Below, one piece after another: positions 20,201 through 29,918 of a stretch of DNA of 64,000 bases; positions within the stretch are counted from its first letter, which is position 1; every line of letters begins with the position of its first letter. The notes under the pieces were generated by a model. The model saw only the letters and a list, made by a program, of their open reading frames with translations. It had not been told where the DNA came from and searched no databases. Origin of the DNA: an uncultured Aminicenantes bacterium (GTDB lineage: Bacteria; Acidobacteriota; Aminicenantia; UBA2199); the NCBI GenBank assembly GCA_965195285.1, contig CBDAFS010000031.1, positions 1-64,000 of the forward strand. The letters run 5' to 3'. Both the position numbers and the translations under genes were made by a program.

Positions 20201-21461
20201 ATATTTAAGTTTTTATATACTTAGTGATTATTCTGTAGTTTTTATTCTCACAAAAAATGATTTTAAAGTACAGATGATCAATTTTGGAAAAGAGTATTTC
20301 CAAACCAAAATACCTGAATTAAAAAAACAAATAAAAACTTGTTTGAATAAACTTACTTTGTTTATGGGTGGAGTAAAATCTGCAATAAAGAAAAAGGATT
20401 ATTATCCGGGACTCAGTAAGGAATTCTATAAAAACATATTTCAACCAGTAGAAAAACATATTAGGACAAAGAAATTAATTGTTTCTGCGGATGGAATTCT
20501 ATACGGATTCCCTTTAGAAGCCCTGGTTATAGAACAAAAAGAGAAAGTATCATTTGGTGGTGAACTACATTCTATCGAGAAGTGTAAGGATATGCAATTT
20601 AGAGGAGAAGCACCTCTATTTTCTGAATATAACAGTATGACTTTTTTAGGCGATAAGTATAATATATTTTATATACCCTCACTCTCAACTTTAAAAATTT
20701 TAAGAACCGAAACCAAGACGAATGTCAATGTTGAAAATAAAGTAATTGCCTTTGCTGATCCAATATTTAATGATGAGGACCCGAGGGTCAAAGGTACAGA
20801 AAAAAAAGCAACGCAATTGGTTGAGGGTCAATTATATGTAAATAGCAATACTGTACGGAGCTGGCCGCCCCATAGGTTACCAGAAACATCAGAAGAAGCA
20901 AAGATTTTTGTAAAAGAAATAGGCAAGGGTGATGTATATGTTGGAATTGAAGCAAATGAAAAGAGAGTATGGGACAAGGAACTGTCTGATGCGAAATATA
21001 TTTTATTCTCCACTCACGGTATATTGGGAACTGAAATTCAAAGAAGTGAAATGATCGAACCGGCATTGGTATTATCATTGGTTGGAAATACGGAAGAGTA
21101 TAACGGTCTTTTGGAAATGAGTGAAGCGGCAGGCCTTCGTTTGAATTCTGAGCTTGTTATTCTGGCAGCATGTAATAGCGCAGGTGAAAGTGGAAAGGGT
21201 GGTGAGGGATTTGCTGGATTGGCCAGAAGTTTTATTTTTGCAGGGACCCAAGGGGTTATTGCTAGCCATTGGAAGATTGAGAGTATGGCTACAAAAAATT
21301 TGATTTCAATTTTGGGTGAAATGTTATCAAAAAATGATAGACGGCAGGCTTTTTTTAAGGCGAGAGAAAAATTTAAGAGTGTAATTGGAAAGCTTAAATA
21401 TTTTAATATATGTTATGCCCATCCATATTTTTGGTCTGCATTTGTTTATATTGGGGACTGA
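17232..21461 (+). CDS. Exported ankyrin-TPR-CHAT (caspase/separase-like) protease
   Basis: In-frame TTG at 17232 after AAGGAG gives the signal-like MSWQKIIPFILILNVFLFSEA. Ankyrin (LIEKGADVN..D....TPL), long kinesin-light-chain-type TPR array, AEQSKS linker, then CHAT motifs DGILYGFPLEAL, AFADP, LPETSEE, FSTHG, LVILAACNS, GEGFAGLARSF..AG, SHWKI, HPYFWSAF. Confidence 0.9.
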   Translation: MSWQKIIPFILILNVFLFSEARNNLDEELFVAVKSGSLEVVQSLIEKGADVNTKDEWKLTPLFYAVWKNKTDIISYLKKHGGIISNKSKLEKVFEAEKYIKEAALLERDSKIENSLNGYIKALKIYEKIFNNNHEEIALLLFKCATIYSKLKDYNSALSYHHKEVKINLELFGGMHKSTAISYGNIGFTYRNLNQFQEAILNFNNAIVILEKIDESNNLLNMLYRAIGDIYKMINNGEKALNFYSKAYISHIMLYGENNESVADILLEIGLVNKNKNNFKEANINLMKAHTIYEELLGKWHPKIAIVCEHLGYLNEFMKKYSTALDYFNKSLEVKKRILGEDDKLIAESFENIGRIYQYLGKPNEASDFLKRTLDMKIKLYGKNHIQVIYTLNSLGHLANSIGNHEEAIEHFLEALNIHNNISREDKTLVAGIYRSIGGVYNKLKKFDLALNYLNDALVIQKMHSINKPSELSLTYRIIKDVYARLDHKNKDLFYLKKEGQFCMKYFGENSLPVFWIYYGIAVYYSQIEDNSNALKYLNKSLYVHEKINPESNWDTGDLYFWIGFKEFNIDKYDDAMKNVKRALLIFNGLNKSNKNEIQIAQCYELLAFIYRSLNQKKLALQIYKNAYKIRQKIYKNDAEKLAHENVQMGSFYGTLGDIKSAKEHHLKALNLLLKNHDEDNIDVAYCYEWLGRALMVKQNFKEALEYITKAQKIYTKIFGVNHIKIAEIYGAFGTIYRHSKKYENALNAYFKALDIYEKNSSSKKYSIGGIYLAIGFSYELIGNHKKAISYLERCIEMFESIENKMSLSRAKFYLAGAYAFSENHENAIRELEESINIKDRIRFEIQDPTHKESFYEDYLDNYRLLIRMLMKKKKYNRAFIKAEQSKSVVFADMMAKKGARDNFAKKDSRFQDLLKEEYEILNKINKLKNLLKTQTEKSDLTKRMLINAQSQLSNLQDLMSKKYPSYSELSYPKEITVEEAKSFLKDDETYLSFYILSDYSVVFILTKNDFKVQMINFGKEYFQTKIPELKKQIKTCLNKLTLFMGGVKSAIKKKDYYPGLSKEFYKNIFQPVEKHIRTKKLIVSADGILYGFPLEALVIEQKEKVSFGGELHSIEKCKDMQFRGEAPLFSEYNSMTFLGDKYNIFYIPSLSTLKILRTETKTNVNVENKVIAFADPIFNDEDPRVKGTEKKATQLVEGQLYVNSNTVRSWPPHRLPETSEEAKIFVKEIGKGDVYVGIEANEKRVWDKELSDAKYILFSTHGILGTEIQRSEMIEPALVLSLVGNTEEYNGLLEMSEAAGLRLNSELVILAACNSAGESGKGGEGFAGLARSFIFAGTQGVIASHWKIESMATKNLISILGEMLSKNDRRQAFFKAREKFKSVIGKLKYFNICYAHPYFWSAFVYIGD

Positions 21462-21497
21462 ATAATAAAACTTTAATCTTTTGATGTATATCTAATC

Positions 21498-22970
21498 TTA
21501 TTCTTTTGTTCCTTTTTTCTCTATCATTGTTTCAATATTGGCTGCAATTCTGTGTATACTCATTCCTACAATAGCAAATCCAAAATTCAGAAAAACACCG
21601 GTGTTAAGAAAGTATAAATAGCCAATATATCCCAAGCCAACCAAAATAATGAGAGATACAAGAACCTGAGCCAATAGTGATGATAGGTATAAAAATGCAT
21701 AGGCAGCCAAAATAATAACAATTATTTCAAATAAAAGATTTATCCATCGTGGAGGTGGGGTTGGTTGTTTTTTGGTTAAGATTGTGTTTATGGCATTTCC
21801 AAGAATGTAAATTCCAGCCATTTCTCCAACAGGGGTTTGATGGATATCTCCAACATCCGGGCTTGAATTTCCGATAATTATGATTTTCTTTTTGATGAAA
21901 TCCTTATAATATGGTAATTGATCAAACTTGATGTTAATCTGAAAAAGATTTCCTTTACTTAAATCAGTTATTGTTTGATCTTGGTTTCTAAATTGGGAAG
22001 GAATTAATGAATAGCGAATTCTTTGCAAATATATAAAGTGTTTGTCATCAGTAACTTTTATTGTTTTTCCATTTCGAAGAGTTATTGTTGATTTAAAACT
22101 TTTAAATCTATTCTGATTTGATGATAATATCTCTTTTTCCAAATCGAATAAAACATTAATATTTCCATCGATAGCAAGTAATACAGTTAAGATGGGAATG
22201 CCCCATAGTATTTTCTTTGATCCATTGTTATCCACATAGGTGCTGTATAGATTCCAGTAACGGACAATGTCATCTCTGTGAGTTGCAGATACCCTGGGAA
22301 CAACTCTGTAAAATTTCCTGATATTATTGTTATAGTTTATTCCTTCCTCAAATAGATCGCTATATTGATTCTTTTTGAGATCACACTGGACGCCAATTCT
22401 TTGGGGGAATATGATTTTTGTTATGTTATTTTTATTATCATGAAGGATATTTTCAAGGACACTTCGCAATTTCTGATCAGCGTCTTTATCACTGGATTTA
22501 TCTTCTAATAATATATCTAATATAATCACTTTTGCCATACCTTGATAGGCAGTTTCCAGAATCGAAGCAAGTTTATCCCTTGGAGTAATTAATGGTTCTC
22601 CCCAGTCTTGATAGGTTTCATGATCAATATCAACAAACAATATTGGAGATGTCTTTATTTTTTGTTTTTCTTGAACTGCTTCTTTGGCTTCAGCTCTAAT
22701 AAAATGATCAAATAATTTATCAATAATGCTTTCCCCTAGACTTGTATGTTCCAAATAGTGCATGGATAAAGCAATAACGATACCTATTATGATATTTATA
22801 AAAAAATGGATTCTTTTCTTTTTATTGAACTTGAAAAAGTTAAATGCATTATTAAATCCTTTGGAAATAAATACAATAGTTTGAATAATTTTTCTTAGTA
22901 GGGAGGAAATAGTTTTAATACCTTGTCTTATTATTCCTCTTGATGAGGGAACTTTATTTTTTTGATTCAT
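21498..22970 (-). CDS. CHASE2-domain membrane protein without C-terminal output domain
   Basis: N-terminal TM, ILFVDID..T...W...PRDKLA, AKVIILDI, KIIIIG...DIHQTPVGEMAGIYILGNAINTIL, then three TMs and a stop about 15 aa later. Confidence 0.85.
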   Translation of the reverse strand: MNQKNKVPSSRGIIRQGIKTISSLLRKIIQTIVFISKGFNNAFNFFKFNKKKRIHFFINIIIGIVIALSMHYLEHTSLGESIIDKLFDHFIRAEAKEAVQEKQKIKTSPILFVDIDHETYQDWGEPLITPRDKLASILETAYQGMAKVIILDILLEDKSSDKDADQKLRSVLENILHDNKNNITKIIFPQRIGVQCDLKKNQYSDLFEEGINYNNNIRKFYRVVPRVSATHRDDIVRYWNLYSTYVDNNGSKKILWGIPILTVLLAIDGNINVLFDLEKEILSSNQNRFKSFKSTITLRNGKTIKVTDDKHFIYLQRIRYSLIPSQFRNQDQTITDLSKGNLFQINIKFDQLPYYKDFIKKKIIIIGNSSPDVGDIHQTPVGEMAGIYILGNAINTILTKKQPTPPPRWINLLFEIIVIILAAYAFLYLSSLLAQVLVSLIILVGLGYIGYLYFLNTGVFLNFGFAIVGMSIHRIAANIETMIEKKGTKE

Positions 22971-22981
22971 AATTTAAAAAT

Positions 22982-23950
22982 TTATTTTAATTGATGATTT
23001 ATCATCTGTTGTTCCAAATGATTGTAATAATGCATAATCAAGATGATAAAAAGCTTTTTATTGTCATCTTGAAGTGATTTTCTATCCATTTCGTTTAGAA
23101 TTAAATAACTCTTCCAATATAAATCAAATTCAGTGGGGTAAGTATCACTTATAAATTGTAAATATGATGCTCTTTTAAGCTTCTTTATAGTATCGTTCGA
23201 TTCTTTATTTCCAATAGACAAAAGATCCTTTTTTATCAAATCTGATTGAGATTTGTCTAAAATTTTTAAATAGTATTTATCAGTTTTTTCAATAGAATCT
23301 TTTTTGGTAACTTCCCAGGAGTAGATCCCTGAAGTTTTCAATTTTAATTCAACTACATTAGTTTTTATTGATTTATGACCTTTTGTTGGAGTACTAAATT
23401 TAATTGTATCTGAATTATCTTTAATTACTATTTCTTCTGTATCATTATTATCCCAGGCAAATGTAATGGTACTATCTGGCAGTAATGTTGCCCAATACCC
23501 AGGTTGAGGGAAAAAAGGTTCATCCTCCGCATTAATAATATCGTTTTCGCTCCTTGTGGCAAGGTTTCTTTTTTTATATCTTTCTTTTTCAAAGCCAATA
23601 AAAGAAGCAAGTTTTTTTAGGAATCCTTTTTTATCTTTAGGAGGATTATTTAAAATAATTATGGTTTTAGCATTTACTTTTTTTATTGATGTAAAAGGAG
23701 AAAGTTTTATCTTTAAGTTTTGGATCCCACTTTTTTGATAAATCTTATCGCCTTCAAAAAGTTCAGTCATAGGTTCAGCCTTAAATTTTAAATTATTGGA
23801 TCTCTGAACAACACAGTCTTTATCAAAACCACCCAGAAGTAAGGCAATTGGGTTTTTCGCATGAATTTCGGCACCTTGAATTATAAAAAAATAAAAAAAT
23901 ATTAAAATTAGATATAATTTATTTGATTTTTTTAAGAATGACTTATTCAT
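22982..23950 (-). CDS. Exported DUF928-like protein
   Basis: Signal-like N-terminus, ATRS linker, then P...TL...TITFAW, L..SGIYSWEV and a helical end with LY; the layout is typical of DUF928 partners of CHAT/CHASE2. AGGAGAGGAG RBS. Confidence 0.6.
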   Translation of the reverse strand: MNKSFLKKSNKLYLILIFFYFFIIQGAEIHAKNPIALLLGGFDKDCVVQRSNNLKFKAEPMTELFEGDKIYQKSGIQNLKIKLSPFTSIKKVNAKTIIILNNPPKDKKGFLKKLASFIGFEKERYKKRNLATRSENDIINAEDEPFFPQPGYWATLLPDSTITFAWDNNDTEEIVIKDNSDTIKFSTPTKGHKSIKTNVVELKLKTSGIYSWEVTKKDSIEKTDKYYLKILDKSQSDLIKKDLLSIGNKESNDTIKKLKRASYLQFISDTYPTEFDLYWKSYLILNEMDRKSLQDDNKKLFIILIMHYYNHLEQQMINHQLK

Positions 23951-24251
23951 TTCTCCTCTCCTTAACTACATTCTAAAAAAAATGATTAAATATTTCAATA
24001 CTTAATAGTAATAATGTCTGAACTATAGAATAGCCAAGTTTTTTCTTGAAATAAATATTTATTTTTTATATAAGAAACCTTATCTAAGCCTTTTAAACAA
24101 ATAGTTTATCATGTGTCATATCTTTACCATGTCTATTAAGAATATTTAAAAAGATAAGGATCAAATCTTTGTTATTGAAAAAGGCTTGGGAAAGATTATC
24201 AGGCAACAAATAGAAATGTGTAAAGATTGGGCATACGGTGGGAATTGGAAT

Positions 24252-27200
24252 TTACATGTTGCGGCGGTACTGGCCGCCCACCCGGTAGAGGGCATTGGTG
24301 ATCTGGCCCAGGGAGCAGCACTTGCTCGCTTCCATCAGCTTTTCAAATATATTCTGATTCTTTTTTACCACTCCCTGCAATTCGGCCAGCAGTTTCGGGG
24401 TGTTGTCGGCGTGTTTTTTTTGCAGGTGATCCAGCATGCGGATCTGGTATTTTTTTTCGGTTTCCGTGGCCCGGATCACTTCCTTGGGCATGATGGTGGG
24501 CGAACCCTCGGATGACAGAAAGGTGTTCACCCCGATGATGGGATATTCACCGGTCTGTTTCCGGTCTTCGTAATACAGGGATTCTTCCTGGATTCTGGAC
24601 CGCTGGTAATTGGTCTCCATGGCCCCCAGCACTCCGCCCCGATCAGAAATGCGTTCAAATTCCGAAAGGACTGCCTCTTCAACCAGGTCGGTCAGTGCTT
24701 CGATGATGAAGGAGCCCTGCAAAGGATTCTGGTTTTTGGTCAGACCGTATTCCCGGTTTATGATCAGCTGGATGGCAATGGCCCGGCGAACCGATTCCTC
24801 GGTGGGGGTGGTAATGGCCTCATCGTAGGCATTGGTATGAAGCGAATTGCAGTTGTCATAGACGGCATACAGGGCTTGCAGGGTGGTGCGGATATCATTG
24901 AAATTGATTTCCTGGGCATGCAGGGATCGGCCCGAGGTCTGGATATGGTACTTGAGCAGCTGGGAGCGCTTGTCGGCATGGTATTTCAATTTCATGGCCT
25001 TGGCCCAGATGCGCCTGGCCACCCGTCCGATCACCGCATATTCGGCATCGATGCCGTTGGAGAAAAAGAAGGAGAGGTTGGGACCGAACCGGTTGATATC
25101 CATTCCCCGGGACAGGTAGTATTCCACATAGGTGAATCCGTTGGACAGGGTCAGGGCAAGCTGGGTAATAGGATTGGCCCCGGCCTCATCGATATGGTAA
25201 CCGGAGATTGAAACCGAGTAAAAATTCCGGACATTATGATCGATAAAATATTCCTGGACATCACCCATCAGTTTCAGGGCAAATTCAGTGGAAAAGATAC
25301 AGGTGTTCTGGGCCTGGTCTTCCTTAAGGATATCGGCCTGAACCGTACCCCGGACTCTGGAGATGGCCTCTTTCTTAATGTTTTCATAGATATCACGGGG
25401 AAGCACCTGGTCACCGGTAACCCCGAGCAGCATCAATCCCAGTCCGTTGTGTCCCCGGGGCAGCTTGCCCTGGTATTCGGGACGGGGCAGGCCTTTTTTC
25501 TGATAAATGGAATTTATTTTCTTCTGGACTTGTTTTTCCAGGCCGTTCTTTTTGATATGGACTTCACACTCCTGGTCAATGACCGCATTCATGAAAAAAC
25601 CGGCCATAATGGCTGCCGGCCCGTTGATGGTCATGGAAACCGAGCTGCTGGAATCGGTCAGCCGGAAACCGGAATAGAGTTTCTTGGCATCATCCAGGCA
25701 GCAGATTGAAACACCCGAATTACCGATTTTGCCGTAAATATCCGGCCGTTGGGCCGGGTCCTCTCCGTAGAGGGTTACCGAATCAAAGGCAGTAGACAGG
25801 CGAACAGCCGGCTGGCCGGCTGACACATAGTGAAAACGCTTGTTTGTACGCTCCGGTCCACCCTCGCCGGCAAACATTCGGGTCGGGTCTTCTCCCTCCC
25901 GTTTAAAGGGAAACACGCCGGCCGTGTAGGGGAATTCCCCGGGCACGTTTTCCTGCAAATTCCATTTCAGGATGTCTCCCCAGGCCCGGTAGCGGGGCAG
26001 GCTGATCTTGGGGATCCGGGTGTGGGAAAGGGTTTCGGTATGGGTGGCGATTTTTAATTTTTGATCCCGGACCTGAAAGTGGAAATATTCACCCTGGTAG
26101 GCCCGGATCTTCTTCTGCCAGTTTTTCAGGACTTCCCGGTTCTCGGAACTGAGGCCGGATTCGAATTTTTTGTAAAGAGCTGACAGGTGTTTTTCAAGGG
26201 AATTCTCGTCCTGTGAGCCGGATTCCTTCAGGGCTTCCCGGGATTGATGAATCCCGTAGAGTTTTTGAGCAATGTCGCTCTGTTCGGTTGCCCAGTCGTT
26301 GTATTTTTGAATTGAATCCACAATTTCGGACAGGTAGCGGGAGCGATTGGAGGGAATGATGGATATCCGGTCGGATATCTCTGCTTTCGGGTCATAGCCG
26401 GTTTTTAAACCGGTCCCGGTTTTTTCCACCAGTTTGTCCAGAGTGGTCCGGTAAAGGGTGTTGATTCCCGGATCGTAAAAATGCGAGGCAATGGTGCCAA
26501 AAACCGGGAGTTGTTCATCCCCGGTATCCCAGTTGCTGTGATTTCTCCGGTATTGCTTCCGCACATCCCGCAGCGCGTCCAGGGCACCCCGCTTGTCGAA
26601 TTTATTGATGGCAATGATGTTGGCAAAATCCAGCATGTCGATTTTTTCCAGCTGGGTGCTGGCCCCATACTCAGGGGTCATGACATACAGGCAGAGGTCG
26701 GCATAATCAGTGATTTCCGAATCGGATTGGCCGATGCCCGATGTTTCCAGGATGATTAAATCAAAGGCAGCGGCCTTTAATATATTTATTGCTTCCCGAA
26801 TATGTCTGGACATGGCAATATTGGACTGACGGGTGGCCAAAGAGCGCATGTAAACCCGGTCGGATTCGATGCTGTTCATGCGGATGCGGTCGGCCAGCAG
26901 GGCGCCGCCGGTCTTGCGTTTGGTGGGATCCACCGAAACAATGGCCACGGTTTTCTCCCGAAAATCATTTAAAAACCGGTTAACCAGTTCATCGATCAGG
27001 GATGATTTTCCCGAACCGCCGGTGCCGGTTATACCCAGAACCGGAACCGATGTTTTGGATGATATTTTTTTTATTTCATCGAAAATGGTTTTGTTTTTCT
27101 CCGGAAAATTTTCCGCGGCTGAGATGAGGCGGGCAATGGTCCGGGGATTTTTTTTCTTCAGATTTTCCAGATAAGGTCTGATACCGGTCCCGGTGGGGAA

Positions 27201-27635
27201 ATCACAGCGGGAGAGCATGTCATTGATCATGCCCTGGAGGCCCATTTCCCGGCCGTCATCCGGGGAATAAATGCGTTCGATTCCGTATTGCTGGAGCTCT
27301 TTGATCTCATCGGGCAGAATGACTCCACCCCCGCCGGCAAAAATCCGTATTTGTTCCGAATTCGCTTGCTTGAGCATATCAACCATATATTTAAGGAATT
27401 CGATGTGCCCCCCCTGATAGGAAGTGATGCCAATGGCCTGGGCATCCTCCTGGATGGCACAATCCACGATTTCCTTTACCGAACGGTTGTGTCCCAGGTG
27501 AATCACTTCACAACCCGAAGACTGGATGACGCGGCGCATGATATTGATGGCGGCATCGTGTCCATCAAAGAGCGAAGCAGCGGTAACCACCCGGACCTTG
27601 TTTTTCAATTTATAAATGTCTTGGGCTTTTTTCAT
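24252..27635 (-). CDS. icmF: Fused isobutyryl-CoA mutase / MeaI GTPase chaperone
   Basis: B12 domain [13 protein letters not shown]-loop [15 protein letters not shown], mutase PTRMFAGEG (Phe = ICM type), [13 protein letters not shown]-terminal GGQYRRNM; start MKKAQD at 27635. Confidence 0.95.
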   Translation of the reverse strand: MKKAQDIYKLKNKVRVVTAASLFDGHDAAINIMRRVIQSSGCEVIHLGHNRSVKEIVDCAIQEDAQAIGITSYQGGHIEFLKYMVDMLKQANSEQIRIFAGGGGVILPDEIKELQQYGIERIYSPDDGREMGLQGMINDMLSRCDFPTGTGIRPYLENLKKKNPRTIARLISAAENFPEKNKTIFDEIKKISSKTSVPVLGITGTGGSGKSSLIDELVNRFLNDFREKTVAIVSVDPTKRKTGGALLADRIRMNSIESDRVYMRSLATRQSNIAMSRHIREAINILKAAAFDLIILETSGIGQSDSEITDYADLCLYVMTPEYGASTQLEKIDMLDFANIIAINKFDKRGALDALRDVRKQYRRNHSNWDTGDEQLPVFGTIASHFYDPGINTLYRTTLDKLVEKTGTGLKTGYDPKAEISDRISIIPSNRSRYLSEIVDSIQKYNDWATEQSDIAQKLYGIHQSREALKESGSQDENSLEKHLSALYKKFESGLSSENREVLKNWQKKIRAYQGEYFHFQVRDQKLKIATHTETLSHTRIPKISLPRYRAWGDILKWNLQENVPGEFPYTAGVFPFKREGEDPTRMFAGEGGPERTNKRFHYVSAGQPAVRLSTAFDSVTLYGEDPAQRPDIYGKIGNSGVSICCLDDAKKLYSGFRLTDSSSSVSMTINGPAAIMAGFFMNAVIDQECEVHIKKNGLEKQVQKKINSIYQKKGLPRPEYQGKLPRGHNGLGLMLLGVTGDQVLPRDIYENIKKEAISRVRGTVQADILKEDQAQNTCIFSTEFALKLMGDVQEYFIDHNVRNFYSVSISGYHIDEAGANPITQLALTLSNGFTYVEYYLSRGMDINRFGPNLSFFFSNGIDAEYAVIGRVARRIWAKAMKLKYHADKRSQLLKYHIQTSGRSLHAQEINFNDIRTTLQALYAVYDNCNSLHTNAYDEAITTPTEESVRRAIAIQLIINREYGLTKNQNPLQGSFIIEALTDLVEEAVLSEFERISDRGGVLGAMETNYQRSRIQEESLYYEDRKQTGEYPIIGVNTFLSSEGSPTIMPKEVIRATETEKKYQIRMLDHLQKKHADNTPKLLAELQGVVKKNQNIFEKLMEASKCCSLGQITNALYRVGGQYRRNM

Positions 27636-27645
27636 ATTCAGTCCA

Positions 27646-28398
27646 TTATTTCTTGATTGAAAAACGCCAGGCGCAGTACCATTCTTCCGGATGGGGATCC
27701 GGAGGGCAACTGATGCAGCTGGTCCGAATCCGGGAATCGATGGATTCGGCAAAAGTAGTATATTCGATAATGCCGGCAGACTTGCAGGGATAATCGGAGA
27801 GGCCCTTTCGCTTGCGGGCAGACTGCACCCGACAGTCATTCATTTGAAAAACAAAATCATTTCCGGTTTCTTCGGAAACGGATTGCTGGTTGATGGCCGC
27901 ATACAGGCGGAATTCCAGTGCTTTTTTCAGCCCGTCCAGTCCGGGGTTGTCCGGCAGCTTTAGATATTGTTTGATGGACCAGGCTTCAAAGGGAGAAAAA
28001 TGCGACCAACAGGAGTCATTGCATTTTTTGGCCTCTGTCATATCCATGGAGAATTCTACGGCCTGAAACCAGACACCGTCATTGGCCAGCCAGTTCACTG
28101 CTATGGTTTTTTTGAGTTCATCGAGTTTTTCCGGAGATAGATTCAGGAGCGGAGCGGGGATATTTTTCTCCAGATCAAATCCCAGGGTCTTGGACAGTTT
28201 ACGCATCTGGATTTCAGAGCTGCGCTCATAAACCATTTTTAATATTTCCTGGGCTTTTTCCCGGCCCAGATGCTGCTGAACTTCTCCATACCACATGGCA
28301 TGGTGCATCATGAGGCGGTGAATAAAGTCCATGGTTAAACGAGCATTATCGCGGTGGTTCAGATTTCCGTCTGACCGGTTGGTTTCTTGAGTTGACAC
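27646..28398 (-). CDS. DUF6125-like protein (Cys-rich C-terminus)
   Basis: HHAMWY and [13 protein letters not shown] repeats; CRVQ..R...PC...C..CPPD....YCAWRF; GTG at 28398 after GGGAGG. Confidence 0.65.
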   Translation of the reverse strand: MSTQETNRSDGNLNHRDNARLTMDFIHRLMMHHAMWYGEVQQHLGREKAQEILKMVYERSSEIQMRKLSKTLGFDLEKNIPAPLLNLSPEKLDELKKTIAVNWLANDGVWFQAVEFSMDMTEAKKCNDSCWSHFSPFEAWSIKQYLKLPDNPGLDGLKKALEFRLYAAINQQSVSEETGNDFVFQMNDCRVQSARKRKGLSDYPCKSAGIIEYTTFAESIDSRIRTSCISCPPDPHPEEWYCAWRFSIKK

Positions 28399-28419
28399 TA
28401 TTCCTCCCAAAAGGGTTGC

Positions 28420-29559
28420 TTATTTCAGCACATTGGCAGATATAACCAGTCTCATAATTTCACTGGTGCCTTCGTATATTTCGGTGATCTTGGCATCCCT
28501 CAGATATCGCTCCACATCAAATTCGGTGGTGTAACCGTACCCCCCGTGAATCTGGATGGCTTTGGCCGCACAGAACGATGCTACTTCCGAGGCTTTTAAT
28601 TTGGCCATGGCCGCTTCCTTGGAATAGGACAGGCCCTTGTCCTTCATCAGAGAGGCCCGGTAGGTCAGTAGCCAGGCAGCCTCGTATTCGGTGCACATGT
28701 CGGCAATCATCCACTGGATGGCCTGAAAATTGGCAATGGGCTGGTCGAATTGTTCCCTCTCCTTGGCAAACTTGATGGAGTCGTCAATCGATGCCCGGGC
28801 AATTCCCAGGGCCTGGCTGGCAATACCCAGCCGGCCGCCGTCCAGGGTAACCATGGATATCTTGAATCCCTTATTGACCTCTCCCAGCAGGTTTTCTTTG
28901 CCGAGTTTGCAATCCTCCAGGATGAATTCAGCGGTGGAGGTGGATTTGATGCCCAGTTTATGTTCCAGTTTTCCCACCGTGAATCCGGGCGTTCCCTTCT
29001 CAATGATAAAGGCCGAAATTCCCCTGGTTTTCTGAGCCGGATCGGTGGAGGCGATGACCACTGATACTTCAGCTTCATTGCCGTTGGTGGTAAACTGCTT
29101 GGTGCCGTTCAATACCCACTGGTCTCCTTCCAGTTTGGCCGTGGTCTTGGTGGCACCGGCATCCGATCCGGCGCCGGATTCGGTCAGGGCCAGGCATCCG
29201 ATCTTTTTTCCCTGACAGAGGTCAGGCATGTATTTTTTTTTCTGCTCCTCGGTTCCGAATCTGAATATCGGATCCACACACAGGGATGAATGAGCGGAGA
29301 CGATCACCCCGGTGGAGGCGCAGTATCTTGAGATTTGCTCGATGGCCAGCATGTAACTCACAAAGTCCATGCCAGCTCCCCCATACTCTGGAGGGTAAGC
29401 CACTCCCATCAAGCCCAGCTCTCCGGCTTTTTTGACGATATCCTCGGGGAATATTCCCTTTTCCTGGTTTTCTCTGGCCTGGGGACCGATCTCTTCTCTG
29501 GAGAATTTTTCAACCATATCCCTGATCATTTTTTGTTCATCGGTAAGTAAATAATCCAT
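28420..29559 (-). CDS. Short/branched-chain acyl-CoA dehydrogenase
   Basis: ALTESGAGSD, LNGTKQFTTNG, TLDGGRLGIA, QIHGGYGY, EIYEGTSEI. Confidence 0.95.
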   Translation of the reverse strand: MDYLLTDEQKMIRDMVEKFSREEIGPQARENQEKGIFPEDIVKKAGELGLMGVAYPPEYGGAGMDFVSYMLAIEQISRYCASTGVIVSAHSSLCVDPIFRFGTEEQKKKYMPDLCQGKKIGCLALTESGAGSDAGATKTTAKLEGDQWVLNGTKQFTTNGNEAEVSVVIASTDPAQKTRGISAFIIEKGTPGFTVGKLEHKLGIKSTSTAEFILEDCKLGKENLLGEVNKGFKISMVTLDGGRLGIASQALGIARASIDDSIKFAKEREQFDQPIANFQAIQWMIADMCTEYEAAWLLTYRASLMKDKGLSYSKEAAMAKLKASEVASFCAAKAIQIHGGYGYTTEFDVERYLRDAKITEIYEGTSEIMRLVISANVLK

Positions 29560-29726
29560 GATTCATGCTCCTTAATCCTAATTTTGTGTCAAAAAAAACT
29601 ACGGTTAAAAAACGATCTTAATATAAAGTGTACCCAATTTTTAGAAGAAATGCAACACGGGTCAGGCCCGGTTCTGATTGGAGTCGGACCGGTGATGTTC
29701 CCTCGTTTCCGGACTTAAAACGGTTA

Positions 29727-29755
29727 TTGACAATCCTGACTTTGTATGCTATAGA
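29727..29755 (+). promoter_or_regulatory. Sigma70-type promoter (extended -10) for the acyl-CoA operon
   Basis: TTGACA-17 nt-TATAGA with TG at the extended -10 position. Confidence 0.6.
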
Positions 29756-29918
29756 ATTTATTTGCTGCTGAAGCCGGTCCGAATGGAATTGAGTTGGGAG
29801 TTGAATGATTTTTAAGTAAAATTCAGTCATTGTTGTTCAAATAGATATTTCTTTGATGATCATTTTGAAAAATAGATATGAAAATATTTGGTTGCTAGAA
29901 AAAGTAACATTTTAGGAG

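Larger units (their letters stand above)
15320..24240. mobile_element. AT-rich, probably horizontally acquired island (no integrase gene inside)
   Basis: Abrupt drop in GC and A/T-ending codons visible by eye between the GATase stop and the icmF stop; carries SIR2-like, CHAT, CHASE2 and DUF928-like genes. Boundaries approximate. Confidence 0.6.

Noticed and set aside
15324-24245. Target-site duplication or att pair bounding the AT-rich island
   Set aside because: Only a short, weak inverted similarity (GCATAC) between the two edges; not convincing.
27636-27839. 68-aa N-terminal extension of IcmF
   Set aside because: It overlaps the upstream DUF6125-like gene in another frame; IcmF similarity begins after MKKAQD.
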